A DNA stretch of 63,032 nucleotides, the filler included, from Octopus bimaculoides (Eukaryota), in the NCBI RefSeq assembly GCF_001194135.2. It is 5 parts of 5 records of this genome, joined end to end, with 100 filler letters (N's around TTAATTAATTAA, not from the genome) between each part and the next. Parts side by side here need not be neighbours in the genome. Positions count along the whole stretch, not along the records: positions 1 to 23,539 come from NC_068981.1; positions 23,640 to 32,538 come from NC_068982.1; 3 more parts are not named here. One strand, 5' to 3'. Of this stretch, positions 10,843 through 24,019 are shown one piece after another (position 1 is the first letter of the stretch; the number at the start of each line of letters is the position of its first letter). The notes beneath the pieces are model-generated. The model was given only the letters and a program-made list of their open reading frames with translations, searched no databases and was not told the origin of the DNA. Both the position numbers and the translations under genes were made by a program.

Positions 10843-10930
10843 GATGGATGGATGGATGGGTGGATGGATGGATGGATGGATGAATGAATGGATCGATCGA
10901 TCGACCCATCCATCCATCCATCCATCCATC
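10843..10930. repeat. (GATG)n-(GATC)n-(CATC)n inverted microsatellite
   Basis: Direct reading. Confidence 0.9.
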
Positions 10931-11473
10931 GACAGATGTATGTATGCACATAGGTGTGTATGTATTTATATAGAAATAGCATATAAAACGTTCCTTTTAT
11001 TCTATGTATGCGTTTTGTTTAATGTCGTTGTTTCTGTCTTTGTATAATGCCCACATGGCATATGATTCACTTCAGCAACAGTACATCTATACTGAAACTT
11101 ACATTTATCATCATAAATGACGTTCAGCCTAGTTTAACTACATATCATTTTTTACTCTGTTTTACTATTATTATGATATATATTTTATTTTGGCTTTATC
11201 TGTGTAAGTGCCATTGACATTTTCAAGTCATTCTGACTCATTAGATTACTGATATTTTGTACATTTGTAAGTTGTTTTTTTCCTGCTAGGCCTGGCGACT
11301 GCAAAGTAGACATAGAGAGCATGTTTTCACGAGTTAAGTACAATGTTATAGTGCAGGCTATGTTACAGTATTTAAATGGTTATATACCTATAGCTTTCCT
11401 CACTTCCTCTCTTCATATATAGAAACACATGCATAAATGTATGTGTGTATATATATATATGTATATATATAAA

Positions 11474-11516
<43 letters not shown>

Positions 11517-12106
11517 AAAGAGAGAAGCAAAGTCATCTATACAAAAACACACAAATATACATACACACACATACTACATGGGGTTTCCGATGAGAATTTA
11601 ATAATAGTTGTTGACATTCAAATTATTGTTTTACGTTTCTTTTTTAAACTTAGACAAGCACTAAATTTCCTCTTCTATAATTTGTTTAAATTGTATGCGT
11701 TCGTTTATTCCTTGTTTTTATAGGTTAATACAAATTAGCAGATTCTTTTGTTTTGATGAAATTTTCGAAACATAAATATATGATTTCGCGGCTCACATTT
11801 TTTTTTTCTTTTTTATGTGAGCGGTAGCGTTTCCAAAGTATTCCTAGAGTATTCGTTTATTAATATTATTCCCAGTAGGAAACGTGGGATAATATCATTG
11901 TCTTCGCGTTGTTAAATATTAATTCTATAAAAACTCTGCGAATTAAGATATATCCAGTTCATAATCGCTAAATATTTTGGGCATACCATTTTATTTACAC
12001 AGCTATATGCTCATAACTACTTTCCTCTGTCTATTCCCTATCCCTTTTCTCTCTCCTGTCCCTATGTTTCTCTCTGTATGTGCATATATGTATGTATGTA
12101 TATATA

Positions 12107-12141
<35 letters not shown>

Positions 12142-12277
12142 NNNNNNNNNNNNNNNNNNNNNNNNNNNNNNNNNNNNNNNNNNNNNNNNNNNNNNNNNNN
12201 NNNNNNNNNNNNNNNNNNNNNNNNNNNNNNNNNATATATATATTTTATTTATATATATATATGTATATGTATGTATA

Positions 12278-12310
<33 letters not shown>

Positions 12311-12338
12311 ATGTGTGCGCAAATGAATACATATGTGT

Positions 12339-12381
<43 letters not shown>

Positions 12382-12399
12382 TGAAAAGAAGCATCAAAG

Positions 12400-12600
12400 T
12401 TCGTTCCCGAGTCACAGGCTTATAAGACTGATTTCGTGGATTTTTTTGTCGTCAAAGTTCTCTCAGAATGAGACGCCTAGCTACCGCAGGATTACACGGT
12501 TTCGACAGTTGAATGGACTGGAGCAACTGGAAGTGAAGTGTTTTGCTCAACAAACACAGCGTATTTCTGTTCCAGGAATATAAACCAAAATTGTACCGTC
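12400..12600 (-). mobile_element. SINE family C-related degraded copy
   Basis: GGACTGGAGCAAC.GGAAGTGAAGTGTTTTGCTCAA is the reverse complement of the CORE-like body. Confidence 0.5.
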
Positions 12601-12682
12601 AAGAACTGATCCATGTGTCTACACACACACGCACACGCACGTATGTATTCCCGCGGTTAAAATTTAGAATGCAGAAACTGTT

Positions 12683-13888
12683 TACGATGTTGGGCTGAAC
12701 TGTTCATAGGCTGACAAAGATACTCTCATGTAATGGGACCAAATGAAGTTTATTTCGCAAAATAGTCCATCTTGCGCTTCAGATATGTCTTCTGTCTTTG
12801 TTGCAGTGATTGGAACCCATTGGTGAAGAGGCTTTCAAACTGTTGGTCAAAAACGTCAGCAGATATGACGCCATCGTCACTGTAATTCTAGTTTCAATTG
12901 TTTTTGCACTCATGTTGGAGAATAGATGATAGATAGATGAGCTCAAATTAGGAGAATACCGATGTTGATCAATCAGTTCAAACTACAAACACGCACAGTG
13001 CCATTGAGACGAGGGACTTGTGTATGCTAGAGCATCGTTTGTTGATGCATTGTCCAGATGAAGCAACGGCAATCTCGTCAGTTTTCCTGGGTCTGTGTTC
13101 TGGATAGCCTTTATAACTGCCTTATCAATTTGGCATTGTTAATATGACCTTTTTGAAAATAGTCAATAGACACAATGCCTGTTGCATCCGAACACAATAA
13201 ACTAAGGCCATTGCCTTCTTTGCAGATGAAATGACATCGGCATTCTTTGGAGCAGGGGAAGAGGTGTTTCCATAGCATGGATTTTTTTTACCTTATATCT
13301 GGATTAAACACTCATCCTAGGTTATGGAACTTTCAAAGAAATCAGCAGGATCTGCTTCAAACAAGGTCGGATTTCCCTGTGACGTTAGAAGCTTGATGCG
13401 TGTCTGACCAGCTGTCGTGCAAAATATTTTCAACTATCTTATGAGATATGCTAATAGCATTGGTTATGTGAATTACAGTCAGTTGCCTCTCATCCGTCAC
13501 CATATTGGTGAATACCAATATTTTCCTCCCTGGTAACAGTTGTAAGACATATAAGCCTTGGGCTATTTTCAAGCCTCCCCCTCCCCTCCTAAATTCAGCA
13601 TCCCAGTTTAGTACCGTTGATAAAGCTACAGCGTCACCTATTAATATAGTGACTATATCTGCATCAATATCCTTGGAGCTTTTCTTTCAAGTACTTCTCA
13701 ACTCCACGATGCCAAATTTTGTCCACTTTCAGGAGAAGTCGCTAGCAGTTACCTTTGAAATATTCTTTGAACAGTAGTGAGATGAGAGTCTACTTGAAAG
13801 GAAACGATGCAATTGTTAATAAAGTGTGGTAAAGCACTTGTATTACTCCTACATAGTCAGCCTATGAAATATTGTATCCGCGCTTGTA
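12683..13888 (-). mobile_element. Second near-full-length mariner of a different subfamily, inactive
   Basis: TIR core TTCATAGGCTGAC at 12703-12715, with its reverse complement at 13856-13868 and TA at both ends. Minus-strand peptide relics: DKIWHRGV, LSTVLNWDAEFRRG, ITxDE, LLHLDNA, HRYSPNLSSS. Confidence 0.9.
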
Positions 13889-13904
13889 CATCGATGTATG
13901 TAAG

Positions 13905-14110
13905 TAGGTAAATAGGAAGGTAGTTAGTTAGTTAGGTAGATAGTTAGTTAGTTAGGTAGGTAGGTAGGTAGGTAGGTAGGTAGGTAGGTAGGTAGGTAGG
14001 TAGGTAGGTAGGTATGCAGGCAGGCAGGCAGGTAGGTAGGCAGGCAGGCAGGCAGAGAGGTAGATATGTAAGTAGGTAGATAGGTAGGTAGGTCTATATG
14101 TCGGTAGGTG
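13905..14110. repeat. (TAGG)n/(TAGT)n/(CAGG)n tetranucleotide microsatellite
   Basis: Direct reading; begins just after the mariner's right end. Confidence 0.92.
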
Positions 14111-14321
14111 AATAGGTACGTATGCACGTGTTTTTACAAACTGATATACAGAGGTGTATATGTGTAATTGCATGTATGTGTATGTGTATGTTATTCACTG
14201 TGCGTATGTATATACACGCGTGCAAATGCACATATACTTTCCGTAATGATATATATGTATACATGTATACACACGCGCGCATACACACTCACACACACAC
14301 ACACACACACTCTCACGTACC

Positions 14322-14362
<41 letters not shown>

Positions 14363-14863
14363 TCATACACACATATATATACCTTGATATGAAGAGAGAA
14401 ATTAGAAAGAAAGCTGTAAGAGCTGAGAGAGGCGATAGATATATAGATACATCGTTATATAGACAAACAAGTATCCATGTATCATACGCACATTTACGAT
14501 AAATAGATTGGAATGATTCATTCATTCATTCTTCATTCAATACCTTCCTATTTCATGAAAGCTTGGCTAATTGCCTTCATTTATCGCATCAATGGTTAGG
14601 ATAAATATATATTATTTTATCTTCGTTGGCAATGCAAGAAAACATTCACAAATAGGCGGAATCTCAATATCAAAAATCAGTAGGGAATTAAAATCAAACA
14701 CCTTAAATGTAATGAGCTAGCAGCGCGTATACCCTATCCTCGGAATATACATTTGCAATACGAATGTCTTAACCCCTAATCAAACCCACACTGACCTTTA
14801 GCATCCTGTCCATTGACCTTTTACCTTCACGTCAATACAATTATATTTCTTCGTCTAACTCAC

Positions 14864-14968
14864 CGATATCCCACCTACAATGAACTTTGTCACCGTATCC
14901 GTTGACCAATTGCAACACGCCAATGTAATTATGTTTCTTAACTTTTTCACTGATTTGCAATAATTTTG
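14864..14968 (-). CDS. Candidate coding exon (105 nt, phase 1-1), product unknown
   Basis: Acceptor ACTGTGCAG|, donor G|GTGAGT. Open frame (P)KLLQISEKVKKHNYIGVLQLVNGYGDKVHCRWDI(G), in frame with the exon at 15059-15345. Confidence 0.45.
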
Positions 14969-15058
14969 CTGCACAGTAACTACAACTACTCCACCAAAGT
15001 TATATAATATTGGTACTATAAAACCTTTCTCTTGAAAAAAAAAACATATCTTTTTTAC

Positions 15059-15345
15059 GTAGGGGCATCTCAAAGATCTCAGTTCCTCCATCTTCCCTTT
15101 GTTCTTCATCGTATAATTTACGCCAACGCGGACCACTGCTAGCTTCCATAGTTATTGTTTTTACTTCCTCTTTAATCTTATTACGTGTAAGATCAAGGAT
15201 CAACATGTCAATAATGGATTGCAATCCAAATTGGGATCCTCTACAACATCCTTTATATTCTATACAAAGATCAGCAAAATTTTCTTGGAATTTACTTCCA
15301 GCTGCTTTCACAATGAAGAACAAATTAGGTAATATATTACATTGT
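15059..15345 (-). CDS. Candidate coding exon (287 nt), product unknown
   Basis: Acceptor TTTTCTTATTAG|, weak donor AC|GTAAAA. Non-repetitive 95-codon open frame with coding-like composition: QCNILPNLFFIVKAAGSKF...GPRWRKLYDEEQREDGGTEIFEMPL. Confidence 0.45.
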
Positions 15346-15663
15346 CTAATAAGAAAATATAAGGGCTGAAATATCATTACACAGCTTTTGATCGCGTCTA
15401 CTGGGTCAGGGCAAAGTTAAATCTAAACAAAACACTTCGATGAAAGAATATATTAAGAGTAGATTCTTTCATAGCAGAGAACGTGATTTTCCATTGTATC
15501 GTTCAGTTGCCGAACGAATATTTGAAGTGCTTCTCGAGGAGGTAGACATTCATACCCTTTGCCTGATCTCATTGCCGGGAATTAATGAAGCATTCTTTAG
15601 CACTAACAGAATTACTACTGCTACAGATTTTGCCACTTGGAACTATAAAACTTGTAATACATA

Positions 15664-15760
15664 GGAGACTCTGTATGGTCGAGCAACTTGCTAAAAATAG
15701 TAGCAATATATTTCTCAAATCACAATCCATTATCTAAATGAGAAAAGGATGGGATATTCA
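15664..15760. mobile_element. Family D fragment in the opposite orientation
   Basis: Reverse complement reads GTGATTTGAGAAATATATTGCTACTATTTTTAGCAAGTTGCTCGACCATACAGAGTCTCC. Confidence 0.55.
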
Positions 15761-17308
15761 TAGTTTGAATGATTTTGATCAGAGTTATACTATATCAGAA
15801 TTCTACGACAGCAGCCATAGCAACAACAGCTACAACAACAACACCAAACAGCATGCAAAACTATAACGACGATACTTATAGGATATAAAGATATAATTAG
15901 CAATAGCATGAGAGCGTGTAGAAATGTATTTCTGTTATGTTTATTTTAAAACCTTGTTTTCTGAGTACAAATAAGTCCGCAGATAGCTTTGCTTCTCATG
16001 CTTGTGGAGGCCAAAGATAACAGTTAAACCAGACTCTTTGAATTATTATATCTTAGGAGATGCTCCCTGCTCTTTGTGGTTTGGTTTCAAATAAACCATG
16101 GCCTGTATGTGTGCTACATTTCTTTCTTTGCCTAATTTCACGCTACCACCAGGTTCTTGGTTGCCTTTAGTCAAATTCGGACCGCTGCAAGCATTCCAGC
16201 CAGGCCATTGGTTTGCGGATACCTTCGTCTTGTCATCTCAACCACATCGAGAGAAATGCCACAGATCTAGACACTGCTTCTTTATCTTGAGAAAGCTTTT
16301 AAAACGAAGGGAAATGCATGTGCTCGGTTTTCGATACAATAATAAAACTTTGTCCCTATGTACCCGGCAAAAATTCAATTATTTAATCGATTCTAAAAGT
16401 TTTCTCATAATCATAAATTTTTCAGCGTATTTAATCTATAAAAAAAATATTCTATCATTTTGAATTGGTTCTTTATTTCATCGACCCAAAGGGTACAACC
16501 AAACTTACCCTCCTTGTCATTTAAACCATCGATTCACAGCTACCTTAGTTCTTTCATTTGTATACTATAACTTGAATGCCCAATTCTCTTCTGAATAGGA
16601 TGTTGGCAGATTACTCACCATTATTCATCTACCAGTTCACACATCACTATTTTGTTACGCTACTCTAACACACAATACATATTTCAATCAATCCATTGAG
16701 AAAATATGAAATTTCTGAACTTTTTAAAATTTTTCATGAGGTTTTCACCGACAGATGTTAAATCATAAATCGCGTCTATTCTATAACGGTACCAATGATC
16801 ATGCCCTTTCTCTAGAAAACTTACAGATACTTATAAAATAAATAACTATTTTAAAAACTGTATTTGCACTAATTATTCAAAACCATCTGATTCAATCTAA
16901 TGTGAATTGTTCCGGATCAAATCCTTCTCTGTATAAAAGAATTTGCGTTTCCGAAATCATATGACGAGGCGAAAGATATACAAGAAAACAAGCGGCAGCA
17001 GCCCAAAATGAAAACTATGTTCCTAAGGAGTCAGTCAGGAAGACTGGAAGTCAGTCTTCTAAGGAAGACTGACAGAATTATAGAGAGTACAATCCAGTCT
17101 CGTAAATCCAAATGTCACTTGGTACTGTAAACAGAAATTATACATTTGGCTATGCTTATATTTTTCGATATTCCGATTGATAACGAGCAAATGATAANNN
17201 NNNNNNNNNNNNNNNNNNNNNNNNNNNNNNNNNNNNNNNNNNNNNNNNNNNNNNNNNNNNNNNNNNNNNNNNNNNNNNNNNNNNNNNNNNNNNNNNNNNN
17301 NNNNNNNN

Positions 17309-17355
<47 letters not shown>

Positions 17356-17374
17356 TAGGTAGATAGATAGATAG

Positions 17375-17407
<33 letters not shown>

Positions 17408-18644
17408 CATACATATCTATTTGTTTGTATGTTATGTGTGTATACAAATATAGGAAACAATTATTGTCTATTTGTTTTTCTCTTGCAATACAATCAAACA
17501 AACAAATAGGCAAATAATCGGCACGTGAGTAGATATGTCTTTGATCGTTTTCTCACCTTTTAATATCTCTTTAACATTTTCGTAGAGTATTTTGCCACGT
17601 GCTGCAAGCTATTTGCTTCCGACTCATTTAGCGTTCTTTGAACACTTTGTAACAAATATCTGATTGTAGTAAAAGGTAGTAAAATCTCGTTTTGCTACGT
17701 TTCTGTATTGATCTTACTAGGGTTTCTTTCTGGTCATGCGTATTATGTTTTAGGATCACAAGAATCGGCAATTGCTTAGATACGCATGACTACTACTGTG
17801 TACACTGTTGTTTTCTTAGAAATTAATGTATTCCTCTAAGTACTAATTTATGTGCATACAGAAATTCCGTTAGCCTATGGATATTTTCTTATATATCATC
17901 TTAGCACATTAGTATACATAACTTATGTTCCTTAATTCATTGGCTTATTTTGGTTTAGTTCCTGTTGTTTTCCTTTCCATTATTTTTATCCTTTTTATTC
18001 TTTATATATATATATTTTTTTTTTTGGTCTGTTATAAGTGTGCGGATTGCTTTACACTTTCTCGGTGAACTGAAAGATTTGCTTCTCGCAGATGTTGTTT
18101 TAGAATAGTTTTCTGCAACATAGCTTACCAAAATTGCCTTTCTTCTGACACATTAAGCATTTACTAATACAAAGTTTCCCTCCTTTCTTCTTTTTCATCT
18201 GGCGTGGTGTGGTCTCCCCCCCCCTCACGTTTTTTTTTCGCTGGTTTCCTATACAAATGTTTACAGGTGCGTACAAAATAAATTTTAAATACATTACATT
18301 GATTTTTTTTTTTGTAGTTTTATCTCTTTAGATTCTGTTTGAAAGCTTTTACTATGATTTTATTTCTTTTGTTTCATTTTTATCTTACAAAATATCTGAT
18401 CCTTTCTTTACAGACGCATCCATAGAAATACACGCACACGCACACGCTCTCTTTCTCTCTTTCTCTCGCTCACACGCTTGCAGACACACACACACAAATA
18501 AGCAGACATGTTTACTCACGCACAAGCTAAAAAGTAACTGAAACATATACGAATAAATAAAGGTATAAACAGAGATATGATCGGTAGCAAATTACTCAGT
18601 AAAGTTTAACTACACATACATAAGTACATGCGCATCTCTCTCTA

Positions 18645-18692
18645 TATGTGTGTGTGTGTGAGTGTGTGAGTATGCATATATATGTGTATATG

Positions 18693-18730
<38 letters not shown>

Positions 18731-18776
18731 CGTGTGTGTATGTACATATATATATGTATGTACATATATATATATG

Positions 18777-18812
<36 letters not shown>

Positions 18813-19383
18813 TGTATATATNNNNNNNNNNNNNNNNNNNNNNNNNNNNNNNNNNNNNNNNNNNNNNNNNNNNNNNNNNNNNNNNNNNNNNNNNNNNNNN
18901 NNNNNNNNNNNNNNNNNNNNNNNNNNNNNNNNNNNNNNNNNNNNNNNNNNNNNNNNNNNNNNNNNNNNNNNNNNNNNNNNNNNNNNNNNNNNNNNNNNNN
19001 NNNNNNNNNNNNNNNNNNNNNNNNNNNNNNNNNNNNNNNNNNNNNNNNNNNNNNNNNNNNNNNNNNNNNNNNNNNNNNNNNNNNNNNNNNNNNNNNNNNN
19101 NNNNNNNNNNNNNNNNNNNNNNNNNNNNNNNNNNNNNNNNNNNNNNNNNNNNNNNNNNNNNNNNNNNNNNNNNNNNNNNNNNNNNNNNNNNNNNNNNNNN
19201 NNNNNNNNNNNNNNNNNNNNNNNNNNNNNNNNNNNNNNNNNNNNNNNNNNNNNNNNNNNNNNNNNNNNNNNNNNNNNNNNNNNNNNNNNNNNNNNNNNNN
19301 NNNNNNNNNNNNNNNNNNNNNNNNNNNNNNNNNNNNNNNNNNNNNNNNNNNNNNNNNNNNNNNNNNNNNNNNNNNNNNNNNNN

Positions 19384-19438
<55 letters not shown>

Positions 19439-19545
19439 CATTCATATATATATATAAATATATATACATATATACACACATATATATCAATATATATATA
19501 TATTTAATTATGTATGTATGTATGTATGTATGTACATTTGTATAT
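18645..19545. repeat. (GT)n/(TA)n compound microsatellite flanking a 562-nt gap
   Basis: Direct reading. Confidence 0.9.
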
Positions 19546-20278
19546 GCAAATTCCTGTATAAGTGCAAATCAGAAACAAGATTAGAGCTTAGATTGAAAGA
19601 TTTTGTTTAAGACGTAAAAGATGACAAGGATTTTATCGTTCTTCTGTGCTCTATTTATTTTTACCACCTCTTAAACATATCGTTTTGCTATAGCTCTCTA
19701 TGCGCACATGTATACATTTATACGGGCATAACCACACACAAACACAGACACACAAACACACACACACACTCCAAAGATCAATTACAGTTTTCGAAAGTTT
19801 CACTCGTATAGTTTACTTTTTAATGAAATTTTGTGAATACCACTGACGTAATACAATTCTTTGTAGTGATACTAAAGATTCTCATAAACTACATCCATGT
19901 TTGTTTTGCGTTCTTCTTTGATGGAATACTCGAAGGGATCTGCTAATATAACCAGATATCGTAATGTTATTATATTCTCTCACTCATTTTAACAGATTTT
20001 GCACATTCTATAAATGGTGGATGTAAAAGTACACTTGTTATAATTTATAAATGTTCGTTTGTTATTTCTTTCAAGGGCGATATTCTTTAAACATAAAAGC
20101 ATTTGTTGATTCGCTATGGGAACCTAACCTTCCCTGATATTGTATTTCTACAAACATTATTTACGAACAGGTACATATATACACGCACACACAGGCTCAC
20201 GGCAAGTATACGCACACAAAACAAAAATCAGCTAGTTCTGTTTCTCCTGTCTCCAGTACCACTCTACACCTCCCCGTG

Positions 20279-20310
<32 letters not shown>

Positions 20311-20360
20311 GTACATATATATGCAAATACATGTGTGTATGCGCGTGTGTGTGTAGGTAC

Positions 20361-20403
<43 letters not shown>

Positions 20404-20519
20404 GTATATGTGTGCGTGTGTGTGTATACGTACACAGAAACAAACACGCGCACACACACACACACACACACGCACACACACACACACACATNNNNNNNNN
20501 NNNNNNNNNNNNNNNNNNN

Positions 20520-20590
<71 letters not shown>

Positions 20591-20857
20591 ATTGCTTTAA
20601 TCATATAGATCAAGGTAGTTAAATCGATATTTTCCAGCATGCATTTGACTGGCGATTTACACTGTAGGAAAATTATTAAATAATTAATTAATTAATTAAT
20701 AATATTCACATTTTATCTTTCAGATACAGAACATCAATTCAATGATGTCACGTACTCCACGTTTCCAATCTCAGTAGTTACTTACGTTAAGTTTGTTATG
20801 CACAAAAATGAATATTGCGTTCAATCAAATATTATATAACATTTTGGTAACGTAACA

Positions 20858-21300
20858 TGGTGAGCTGGCAGAAACTTTAGCACGTCGGCCAAACTGCTTA
20901 GCGGAATTTCATCTGTCTTAACGTTCTGAGTTCAAATTCCACTGAGGTCAACTTAGCCTTTCATCCTTTCGGAGTCGATAAATTAAGTACCAGCAACGTA
21001 TTGGAGTCTATCTATTATACTGGACTCCCTTCCGACAAAATTTCGAGCTTGAGCCTCGTGCAGAAAAGAATAGTTTGGTAACGTAAGGCGTTCGCAAAAT
21101 TGTTAGCACGCTGGGCAACATACTACGCGTCATTTTGTCTGTCTTCATGTTCTTATTTCAAATTCGGCCATTGTCTACTTTGCTTTTCATGCTTTTAGAG
21201 TCTATAAAATAAATACCAGTTGAACGATTGGTTCGAGTTCATCGAGTTACCCCATCTCCCGAAATTACTGATCCTGTGACAAAATCCGAATCATTATTTT
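20858..21300 (+). mobile_element. Two head-to-tail SINE family A copies (20858-21072 and 21083-21300)
   Basis: GAGCTGGCAGAAAC...TTCATCCTTTCGGAGTCGATAAATTAAGTACCAG, followed by a second, more degraded copy starting TAAGGCG. Confidence 0.75.
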
Positions 21301-21319
21301 GGTCATTTATTTGCTTTAT

Positions 21320-21480
21320 TCACCAACTTAAAACAAAAAACACGTGTTGCATCGTCTGGAAACACCTTTCTGCCAGTTCTTTGATCCCACGCTGATATCG
21401 GTTCTTGTCCTTCGAGGCGAAGGAAATCCTTCACTGAAGCTTCCAACTCCTCTTGGTTAATGAAGCATTGGAGCATTGCA
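21320..21480 (-). mobile_element. Mariner transposase C-terminal fragment
   Basis: Minus strand reads CFINQEELEASVK..FASKDKNRYQRGIKELAERCFQTMQH (one frameshift), typical of the region after the third catalytic Asp. Confidence 0.75.
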
Positions 21481-23139
21481 AGATAATTAAGAATTATGCC
21501 CTCAGAAATATTAAGTTAAGCAAAATTTGTATATGTAAAAATATTCTAAAATATTTAAATAAATCCTCAAATAGAATTTAACAGGTAGAATATTATCCAA
21601 TACAAGTTTGGATAGAAAAATAAAATAAATCCTTCGGTTCTGTGGTTCGACTCCAATAGCAGCCGATTTTTGGTTGCTAGAAGTCGGGTTCCTTCTGTAA
21701 AGGACGGATGTTTTTGTATAACATAGCGAAAGAATTACGAAGAAAATGCGCATGCTATTGAAATATATGTAGCATAGATTAAATTACTATTGTCCATTCA
21801 GCCACTTTTATCATGTATGTGTGTGTGTGTATATTTGTGTAAATATCTACGGAAATTTTCCCCGTAACTTTCATTTTATTCATGGGTTTTCAAGGTCTTC
21901 AAGCTTTCTCATTTCAACTTGTTATTACTATCTGAAATTTATACTATATATACGTAATCAGCATTAAAACCGATACATATAATTTACAACTGGAAAAAAA
22001 GCTTCTTTTCTTTTTTTTTTTAAACCGAAGTGTATATATATTGTGATTCTTTTACTACTTTTTATTAGATACATGGCTATTTTGTATTTTGATTGATGTG
22101 TGTTTGTGTTTGTGTGTGTGTGCGTGCGTGCGTGCGTGCGTGCGTGCATGCGTGTGTGTGTGCGCACGCTTGTGTTTGTGTACATGCATGTGTCTATGTA
22201 TGTATCTCTTAGGTCATCGTTTAACTTTCTAACAGGATGGCATTACCCAGTAATTGAGTTTCAGGTGATACCTAAAACATTAACGCTACATATGTTAGAT
22301 CGAACCGTTCTTTTGAGTTTATATTTAGTGACTGCATACATTACGTTCTGGCAGTTCATACCTCATTATAACAGTTCCTATGACGGGAGATTGCGAATTT
22401 GCCATTAACCAAATCTTCTTTAAAACGTGTCCGCAATAAACAAACTCAACAGATAACACACACTTAAGTTATATTGACATTACATTTACAAACTTTTATT
22501 GTATCGAACCGAATCCTGTCGAAGTTTACATTACATTTTATTTATTCATTTCTTAACAGTCAATAAAATAAGTACGGATATTTGCATCTTCGACCATACA
22601 CTATCGTATCATTTAGGATAGTGCATTCGGAGAATGTTTGAGTGAAAGACAAATACGTGTTATTTCTCCTGTCAGTACCTATTCCTGTTACAGTAGTTTA
22701 CTTGATGAGATATGTCTAACTGATATACTACCAAATTTTCTTAGAAATGTGTGCGCCAGTAGCAAAATCAACAAAAAGCACTCTTCAACGCCGTCATGAT
22801 TGTTATTTCAAAAACTTCGTATAATTTGCTAACAATTATCAAATAATAATTTTAGGCAACTAATGTGTAGATTATATTTCAGTCAGTAATGCAGTGGGTG
22901 CGTAGTTCTATATGAAAGACCTCCGAGAATAGTGGAATAGAGAGAAGTTGGTATACTGAAACCTTCGCCCGAAATATTTACGAAGAACTGGACTTCGTGA
23001 TAGCCACCAGGTGATAGTCTGAACTGGTTGACGGATTAAATCAAACGTCAAAGGGTGTTATATCTCCCAACCATGGCGAGATTTAAAGTCGGAACACAAA
23101 AGGCGAAAACAAATACTTACTTATATCGTTACGACTCCA

Positions 23140-23275
23140 CCAATCCACTACCCTGTATTGGTACGTCGTTCATCGACCTCAAAAGAATTCAAATAAAGTG
23201 GAATTTGAACTCAGTACGACGAGACCTAGAAGAAATATCGGGAGAATTCTAGCCGATTCTATGACGATGCTGCCC
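23140..23275 (-). mobile_element. SINE family A, highly degraded copy
   Basis: Reverse complement shows GAGTTCAAATTCC and GGTCGATGAAC..GTACCAA remnants. Confidence 0.45.
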
Positions 23276-23539
23276 GATTTGCAGAGTATGTGTTGCTGTA
23301 GCTTTATTGCATTGTTCCTTAGGCTATTTGAAGGATGATTGAATGCGAAAACATATACATCTTCACTTGATCTGTTAGAAATATCAACCAGATTCTGAAA
23401 TCACACTATAATGTCTCAAAAATTGTAATTGAAACATTCGTTAAAGTAATCCTAGGGGCATTATTCTTTAGAGAAAAAAAAAACGAAATACAAAATGCTC
23501 AGTGATAGTATTTTGAATATATATATAAATATATATATA

Positions 23540-23639
23540 NNNNNNNNNNNNNNNNNNNNNNNNNNNNNNNNNNNNNNNNNNNNTTAATTAATTAANNNNN
23601 NNNNNNNNNNNNNNNNNNNNNNNNNNNNNNNNNNNNNNN
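23540..23639. other. Synthetic 100-bp assembly spacer N44-TTAATTAATTAA-N44
   Basis: 44 N, a palindromic six-frame-stop 12-mer at 23584-23595, then 44 N. Confidence 0.95.
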
Positions 23640-23845
23640 AATACTGTCTATGTGATCTCAAATTTTAAAGCAAACATAATTTTCTTATGGTTTCTTAAAC
23701 ATTCACTTGAACAAAACTGTACAAATCCAAATATATGGTACCCTAGGCATAACACCTACATGAACTTCTAACTTGTTGTCTCTTGAGGTCTCTGGGTGAG
23801 ACTTGGATCCAACTTGTACAAATGCAAAACAAAAGTCAAACATAA

Positions 23846-23895
<50 letters not shown>
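23640..23895 (+). mobile_element. 3' end of an R4/Dong-like LINE with (TAA)n tail
   Basis: Homologous to 6810-6930 and ends in about 16 TAA units. Confidence 0.65.
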
Positions 23896-23896
<1 letters not shown>

Positions 23897-24019
23897 TCCC
23901 TAATGACATTGGAACTTTACAGCTGCATTTCACGAAACATATTTTTCAAAACTTAATCAAGGACACCCCATAAGCCATACCTGGAGGGTAAATAATTTCT
24001 TTTATCTCACCTCAGGCTT

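Noticed and set aside
13905-14110. Interstitial telomeric repeat
   Set aside because: The unit is TAGG/TAGT, not TTAGGG.
14960-15090. LWWSSCSYCAAKL resembling the SPCxxC motif of AID/APOBEC-like deaminases, with an E 29 residues upstream
   Set aside because: No His in the HxE position (GTE), Pro is replaced by Ser, an in-frame TAA intervenes, and the motif falls inside the predicted 90-nt intron. An HMM search of the unspliced frame would settle it.
15175-15210. MLILDLTRNKI fits the LRR pattern LxxLxLxxNxI
   Set aside because: A single occurrence with no neighbouring repeats; LRRs occur in arrays.
16509-16590. Exon-like segment with good acceptor and GTAAGT donor on the minus strand
   Set aside because: Stops in all three frames; at most non-coding, and chance is not excluded.
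23584-23595. TTAATTAATTAA as a biological homeodomain or PacI site
   Set aside because: Always centred in exactly 44+44 Ns, so it is a synthetic spacer.
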